Source of the DNA: Crocinitomicaceae bacterium
Lineage (GTDB): Bacteria; Bacteroidota; Bacteroidia; Flavobacteriales_D; Crocinitomicaceae
DNA length: 64,000 nucleotides
NCBI GenBank assembly: GCA_016709005.1
Contig: JADJEU010000002.1
Span: forward strand, 44,941 to 108,940
Direction: 5' to 3'
This document shows positions 59,326 through 64,000 of this stretch, piece after piece. The notes beneath the pieces are model-generated. The model saw only the letters and a program-made list of their open reading frames with translations. It was not told where the DNA came from and ran no database searches. Position 1 is the first letter of the stretch. The number at the start of each line of letters is the position of its first letter. A program made the translations under genes and the position numbers.

Positions 59326-59700
59326 ATGAAAAAAATACTTGTTTCTTTTATTGCTTTTTTTGTGATTAGTTCAGCTTCATTTGCTGATCAACTTGCTTAT
59401 CTATCAAAAGCAGATGCAGATCGCGCTGCTGAATATATTGAAGGCGTAAAAAAACTAGCACTCTATTGCGGCTGCTGTGACAATCAGGTAATGGAAGTTA
59501 TCAAAGTGAAAGGTACAGAAGTGAAATTTACAGGATACGAGCAGTACTATGAAGTATATGTGATGTATTCTTATCAGGGTGAGTTAAAAAGTGTTCCACT
59601 GGACCTTGCTTACGTTTGGGTAAAAATCAAAGGTGAAGTTCAAACCGTTGGCAAAGCACTAGGCCTTGAACATGATCCATGTAAAACGCCAGATTGGTAG
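59326..59700 (+). CDS. hypothetical secreted protein (124 aa)
   Basis: ORF track. Signal peptide (FIAFFVISSASFA). No family recognised. Confidence 0.5.
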   Translation: MKKILVSFIAFFVISSASFADQLAYLSKADADRAAEYIEGVKKLALYCGCCDNQVMEVIKVKGTEVKFTGYEQYYEVYVMYSYQGELKSVPLDLAYVWVKIKGEVQTVGKALGLEHDPCKTPDW

Positions 59701-59703
59701 TCG

Positions 59704-60321
59704 TTATCTAGTAGATCTTTTCTCTATATATTTTCCAATTGTAAAATCAAATAGAAGTTTTACAGCAAGAAAACTGAAAAGCAAAATTTGGTCACGGATT
59801 ACAAAATTTGAAAATACCACTAATCCAACAACTACTAAGCCCGCGATTAACGAAAGTTCTATTAATTGTCCCTGAACGAATTTTTTTGATTCCTTTTGTA
59901 AATACCTGCGCGGCATAAAAAAGGTAAACTGATCTTTGAGATGATATGTCAAAATTATCAGCGGAAGTATAATCCACAATTCTTCTTTTGCAAAAACTGC
60001 AAGTTCGGTAATCATCTTTTGCTCAACTTCAACATTTTCATCTCTGAAAAAATAGTAGAGCGCAAAAATTTCCACACAAACAATCATTAAGAAAAAAATG
60101 ATTGCCATTAAACTGTATCTAAAACCTGATTTATTTTCGGACTTCCTGATCGCCTGAAATTTTCTAACGAAAGAATATTCAGAACCAATCTGATCAATTA
60201 GATAAAAACTTGCAATAATAATCAGTGACCAATCGAAAAAATAATATCCCACGATTGGTAATAGTATTTCCAGAAGATATTGCTGAACAAATGGATTCCG
60301 CAATCTTTCCTTAATCGTCAT
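59704..60321 (-). CDS. hypothetical integral membrane protein (205 aa)
   Basis: ORF track. About 5-6 hydrophobic segments. Its start overlaps the stop of the upstream TPR gene by 1 nt. Confidence 0.5.
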   Translation of the reverse strand: MTIKERLRNPFVQQYLLEILLPIVGYYFFDWSLIIIASFYLIDQIGSEYSFVRKFQAIRKSENKSGFRYSLMAIIFFLMIVCVEIFALYYFFRDENVEVEQKMITELAVFAKEELWIILPLIILTYHLKDQFTFFMPRRYLQKESKKFVQGQLIELSLIAGLVVVGLVVFSNFVIRDQILLFSFLAVKLLFDFTIGKYIEKRSTR

Positions 60322-61358
60322 TACTGCAAGCGATTTAGATTGTCTTTGGCCAATTTAAAATCTGGATTGATTTCAATTGATTTCGTATAGTAGAACCTTG
60401 CATTAGACAGATCACCCTTTTTCTCATAGGCAAGCCCCAGATTATTATACGCCTGATAGTACTCAGGATCATACTGCACAGATTTCTCGAAGTAATAAAT
60501 AGCGCTATCAAATTGTTCTGTGACTAGAAGATGAAGATAACCCTCATTGTAATATGGTTCTGTCCAGGTAGAATCAATCTGGTGAATTGTTCTGTAGCAT
60601 TCAAAAGCTTCATCGATTCGACCACGATTTTGGTAGAACATTCCTTTGTTATACCATGCTTCCATGCTTTCAGGATGAATTTCCAGCGCTGAATTGTAAT
60701 AATCCACAGCAGTAGAATCACCAAGCTGATCGTACATTACACCCAATTGCACATAAGCTGAATAGTTATTTGGATCTTGCTCAATAGCGGTTTGAAAGGA
60801 GGTAAGCGCTAGTTCCCAACTTTCTTGCCTACCGTATCTCACAAAATCACTTCGATAAATCATACCCTTCATAAAGTAAGGCTCGGTTTGGTATGGGTTA
60901 ATCAAAAGCGACTTGTTTAAATAGACTAATGCCGCGGCATTATTATCAAGAACCGCGTACAATTTACCCATTCCGTTATATGCGTCAATATTGAGCGTGT
61001 CACGTTCAAGTATATAATCATAGTGAAATTTACTTTGCTCCAGATTCAATTTTGACATCATGATGTCTCCGTATAGTTTGTGCACGTGCAGGTTTGAAGA
61101 ATCCATTTTCATGTATGATTCGAGATCAGCTTGAGCCTCGTCCACCATTGTTTTTCGCAAATAAAATTTAGCCCTTTCGAAAAGCAGGGGTAAATTTTTT
61201 GGAGCAAGTTTGACATTATTTTCAAACCACACCATTGAATCAACTATAACAGTGTCTTTTGTTGTGTCATTGTCAACCTTGTTACCAGAGCCACAAGAAG
61301 ACAAAAGAGTCAATACTAAAAAGTAGAATAGATTTCGCACGAGTGAACTTTTGTCCAA
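60321..61358 (-). CDS. TPR-repeat lipoprotein
   Basis: Lipobox (LTLLSSCG). Multiple TPR units (AYNNLGLAYEKKGDLSNARFYYTKSIEINPD etc.). Confidence 0.7.
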   Translation of the reverse strand: MDKSSLVRNLFYFLVLTLLSSCGSGNKVDNDTTKDTVIVDSMVWFENNVKLAPKNLPLLFERAKFYLRKTMVDEAQADLESYMKMDSSNLHVHKLYGDIMMSKLNLEQSKFHYDYILERDTLNIDAYNGMGKLYAVLDNNAAALVYLNKSLLINPYQTEPYFMKGMIYRSDFVRYGRQESWELALTSFQTAIEQDPNNYSAYVQLGVMYDQLGDSTAVDYYNSALEIHPESMEAWYNKGMFYQNRGRIDEAFECYRTIHQIDSTWTEPYYNEGYLHLLVTEQFDSAIYYFEKSVQYDPEYYQAYNNLGLAYEKKGDLSNARFYYTKSIEINPDFKLAKDNLNRLQ

Positions 61359-61491
61359 AATTAGTATAATCCTTCTTAAAGACTATGCTTATTGACTGAG
61401 ATGTAATAAAAAAGGAGTGTCAGCAAGCTAACACCCCTTTTTCGGTTTTTGGTAGAAGTAAAACCTTTGTAGCAATTTTAATTATCCTGAA

Positions 61492-61791
61492 CTACTCCAC
61501 GGCGAAATCGAAACCGTTTGCGGAGAATGTAATTTCAGCTGACTCTGTTCCTCTCGGCAATGCAATAGGGAGTACAGATGAATTACCAATTTGTTTGAAA
61601 AAGTGTTCCATCTCAGCCAGAAAGGCAACTTTTTTCTCATGAAGCCCTTGAAACACAATTTTGATTCCTGTCGTTTTAGTAGAGAAGGAACTTCCCTCTT
61701 TTAACCGAACCAAAATCACACTGCAGTTTTTAAGTCCCTTCACGATTTTTTTTCGCTCCTGTACTTCGACGATAACTCCTTTTCCTTTCAT
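61492..61791 (-). CDS. hypothetical protein (99 aa) immediately downstream of recA
   Basis: ORF track. 26 nt after the recA stop on the same strand, with a terminator-like hairpin downstream at about 61413..61447. Does not resemble RecX. Confidence 0.45.
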   Translation of the reverse strand: MKGKGVIVEVQERKKIVKGLKNCSVILVRLKEGSSFSTKTTGIKIVFQGLHEKKVAFLAEMEHFFKQIGNSSVLPIALPRGTESAEITFSANGFDFAVE

Positions 61792-61817
61792 AAATTACTT
61801 TTAGATATTCGTGCTAA

Positions 61818-62834
61818 TTAAACGCGTTCCTTTGCTGCAAGAATGTCAACGATTTTTCCCTCAAGTTCTTCCATCAACTCATGATTATCTTTAAGGATCG
61901 CTTTAACAGCATCACGCCCTTGTCCCAATTTGGTATCGCCGTAGCTGAACCAGGAGCCACTTTTTTTAATGACGCCCAGTTCAACACCTAAATCGACGAT
62001 TTCACCCACCTTAGAAATACCTTCGCCATACATGATATCAAACTCGGCCTTTTTGAATGGCGGAGCCACTTTATTTTTTACAATTTTCACTTTTGTTCTG
62101 GTTCCAATCACTTCATCACCTTCTTTAATTTGACTTGCCTTGCGGATATCCAAACGTAAAGAAGCGTAGAATTTAAGTGCATTTCCACCTGTTGTTGTCT
62201 CAGGGTTTCCAAACATGACTCCAATTTTTTCACGCAACTGATTGATGAATATGCAGCATGTATGCGCCTTATTAATAGATCCGGTTAATTTTCTCAAAGC
62301 CTTTGACATCAAACGTGCCTGAAGACCCATTTGAGAATCACTTATTTCTCCTTCTATTTCCGCTTTTGGAGTCAAGGCTGCTACCGAGTCAATCACTAGA
62401 ATATCGATTGCACCTGAGCGAATCAAATTGTCCGCAATTTCAAGTGCTTGCTCACCATTATCAGGTTGAGATACCAAAAGATTTTCAGTATCAACACCCA
62501 GTTTCTCTGCGTAAAAACGGTCGAATGCATGCTCTGCATCAATAAACGCGGCAACACCTCCAGCTTTCTGTGCCTCAGCAATTGCATGCAACGCCACTGT
62601 TGTTTTTCCCGATGATTCTGGTCCAAAAATTTCTACAATTCTGCCTTTGGGAAAACCTTTTACTCCTAGAGCAAGATCTAAAGACACCGACCCCGAAGAT
62701 ATAACATCCATCTCTTCGATAGCTGTATCTCCCAGTTTCATTACTGTACCTTTTCCATAAGCCTTTTCAAGCTTGTCTAACGTTAATTGTAACGCCTTTA
62801 ATTTTTCATTGTTTACTTCTTTTACTTCTGCCAT
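61818..62834 (-). CDS. recA: recombinase A
   Basis: Walker [10 protein letters not shown], then ...IDAEHA..., VVDSVAAL-like IDSVAAL and [13 protein letters not shown] 62834 ([15 protein letters not shown]) is preferred. Confidence 0.95.
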   Translation of the reverse strand: MAEVKEVNNEKLKALQLTLDKLEKAYGKGTVMKLGDTAIEEMDVISSGSVSLDLALGVKGFPKGRIVEIFGPESSGKTTVALHAIAEAQKAGGVAAFIDAEHAFDRFYAEKLGVDTENLLVSQPDNGEQALEIADNLIRSGAIDILVIDSVAALTPKAEIEGEISDSQMGLQARLMSKALRKLTGSINKAHTCCIFINQLREKIGVMFGNPETTTGGNALKFYASLRLDIRKASQIKEGDEVIGTRTKVKIVKNKVAPPFKKAEFDIMYGEGISKVGEIVDLGVELGVIKKSGSWFSYGDTKLGQGRDAVKAILKDNHELMEELEGKIVDILAAKERV

Positions 62835-63298
62835 AACCTTGTTTTTTATTTTACAAACTAACTCTACCAAATCGTAAACGATTTACGATCAAAAAATTTA
62901 ATTTTCAATTACTTCTAAAAATTGTTCGTGTTTATGTTCATCATCAGCGCTGATTTCCATAATCTATATTCCCTTTGCTCTAAAAATCGAAATCAGTATC
63001 TATTATAGTACTTGCCCCAATCGTAAAGTTTAAAGTCATATCTTTCGGATAGAAAAACGAGATAACTTTATTACCCTTGAAATCAGCAAGACAATTTTTT
63101 AGGCCATTTTCAACTTTATCTGCAAATCCGGATATCATATCTCCTAATTCTAAACTCAAAAGACGATTATTTAATCATTCAACGACACAAATCTAATCAT
63201 AGTTACATTTTTCGCCATTTTTTTTGACACTATTTTATGAACACTCCTTATTTAAGAACTCTCTTTAAAAATCTATTTCATTATTAATCAATTATTTA

Positions 63299-64000
63299 AT
63301 GGATACTTTTCTCTCAGAAAAATCATTAGAATTATTTCAGAACAAGTCCGGTAATCTTGACGAAATATCCGTCATAATACCAAATAAGCGAGCTTCGGTC
63401 TACATTCAAAGCCATTTATCCAGTCTTTCAAAAAAATCATTCTTTGCACCCGAAATCATCACAATCAATGAATGGATCAGTGAACACACTGCAGAAAAAA
63501 TTCTTAATCAACAAGAACTTGTATTTATACTGTTTGACATTCATCAAAAAATTCAACCAAAGGATAATGACTTTAATGAGTTTCTGAAATGGGGTAAAAC
63601 TTTATTGTCAGATTTTGATGAGATTGATCGATACCTCGTTTCACCTGAAGCAATATTCTCAGACCTAAGAAACATAAAGGAAATTGAACATTGGAGTTTC
63701 AACGACGCGGACTTATCACAAGGACAAGAAAAGTATCTCTACTTCTGGAATCAAATTAACACTTACTATAAACTGCTCCATGAAAGACTTGCATCAAGGC
63801 AAGAAACCTATCAGGGAATGGCCTATCAGCGTTTTGCTGAGAATATCTCCAAAATTGAACTCACTAAAAAGCATTATTATTTTCTTGGCTTCAATGCATT
63901 ATCTGCGAGTGAAGAAAAAATCATTCAGTATTTAATAAAAGAGAAACGCGCTACTTTTTACAGTGATATTGATCAATCCTATTACTTGAATCCGGAGCAC
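63299..64000 (+). CDS. N-terminal part of a large PD-(D/E)XK nuclease / AddB-like repair protein (runs off the window)
   Basis: My own translation from ATG 63299 is open for all 234 codons to the window edge (MDTFLSEKSLELFQNKSGNLDEISVIIPNKRASVYIQSHL...HYYFLGFNALSASEEKIIQYL...). Absent from the ORF track because it has no stop. The family call is from memory of Bacteroidota AddB-like N-termini. Confidence 0.55.
   Translation, partial: MDTFLSEKSLELFQNKSGNLDEISVIIPNKRASVYIQSHLSSLSKKSFFAPEIITINEWISEHTAEKILNQQELVFILFDIHQKIQPKDNDFNEFLKWGKTLLSDFDEIDRYLVSPEAIFSDLRNIKEIEHWSFNDADLSQGQEKYLYFWNQINTYYKLLHERLASRQETYQGMAYQRFAENISKIELTKKHYYFLGFNALSASEEKIIQYLIKEKRATFYSDIDQSYYLNPEH

Noticed and set aside
63684-63935. 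83-aa ORF from the track
   Set aside because: It is out of frame with, and fully contained in, the long open frame starting at 63299. That frame has AddB-like features and no stop up to the window edge.
1-64000. Search for phage-defence, toxin-antitoxin, retron, DGR, CRISPR-Cas or prophage modules
   Set aside because: No reverse transcriptase, nuclease-ATPase pairs, cas genes, phage structural genes or integrase were found. The only mobile-element enzyme is the IS110 recombinase.

Overview
AT-rich Bacteroidota chromosome segment, probably Flavobacteriales-like. This is inferred from T9SS C-terminal sorting domains, a CarboxypepD_reg-type TonB receptor followed by DUF4249 lipoproteins, AraC regulators with an HMA-like N-terminus, and the rplM-rpsI-rpsB-tsf-pyrH-frr gene order. 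No rRNA, tRNA or CRISPR array was found. Housekeeping content: a SAM-I riboswitch-led split methionine synthase operon, tyrS, trxA, rbfA, folK, the ribosomal/translation block, purF and recA. Accessory content: (1) a copper-resistance island of about 9 kb (32.5-41.3 kb) holding a multicopper oxidase with a C-terminal beta-barrel, DUF3347, an HMA protein, a CopA P-type ATPase and an AraC-HMA regulator, interrupted by an IS110-family element whose long 5' non-coding arm could encode a bridge/guide RNA. (2) A LytTR two-component system next to a TonB receptor, two DUF4249 genes and a VCBS/ASPIC gene. (3) Several T9SS cargo proteins. (4) A 360-aa protein with a histone H1-like AKKP-repeat N-terminus and a poly-Asp/Glu tail. 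Two window-wide patterns stand out. At least six families of 30-100 bp hairpin-containing intergenic repeats occur, and three of them bracket single genes or modules as direct repeats. Gene lesions are also unusually dense: four frameshifts (three are 1-nt losses in A/T homopolymers), one in-frame TAA at a conserved codon, and one probable in-frame deletion. I found no clear multi-gene defence or other novel system. The best candidates for follow-up are the H1-like/acidic-tail protein, the IS110 non-coding arm, the TerB-J-domain gene nested in the metH operon, and the repeat-bracketed cassettes.
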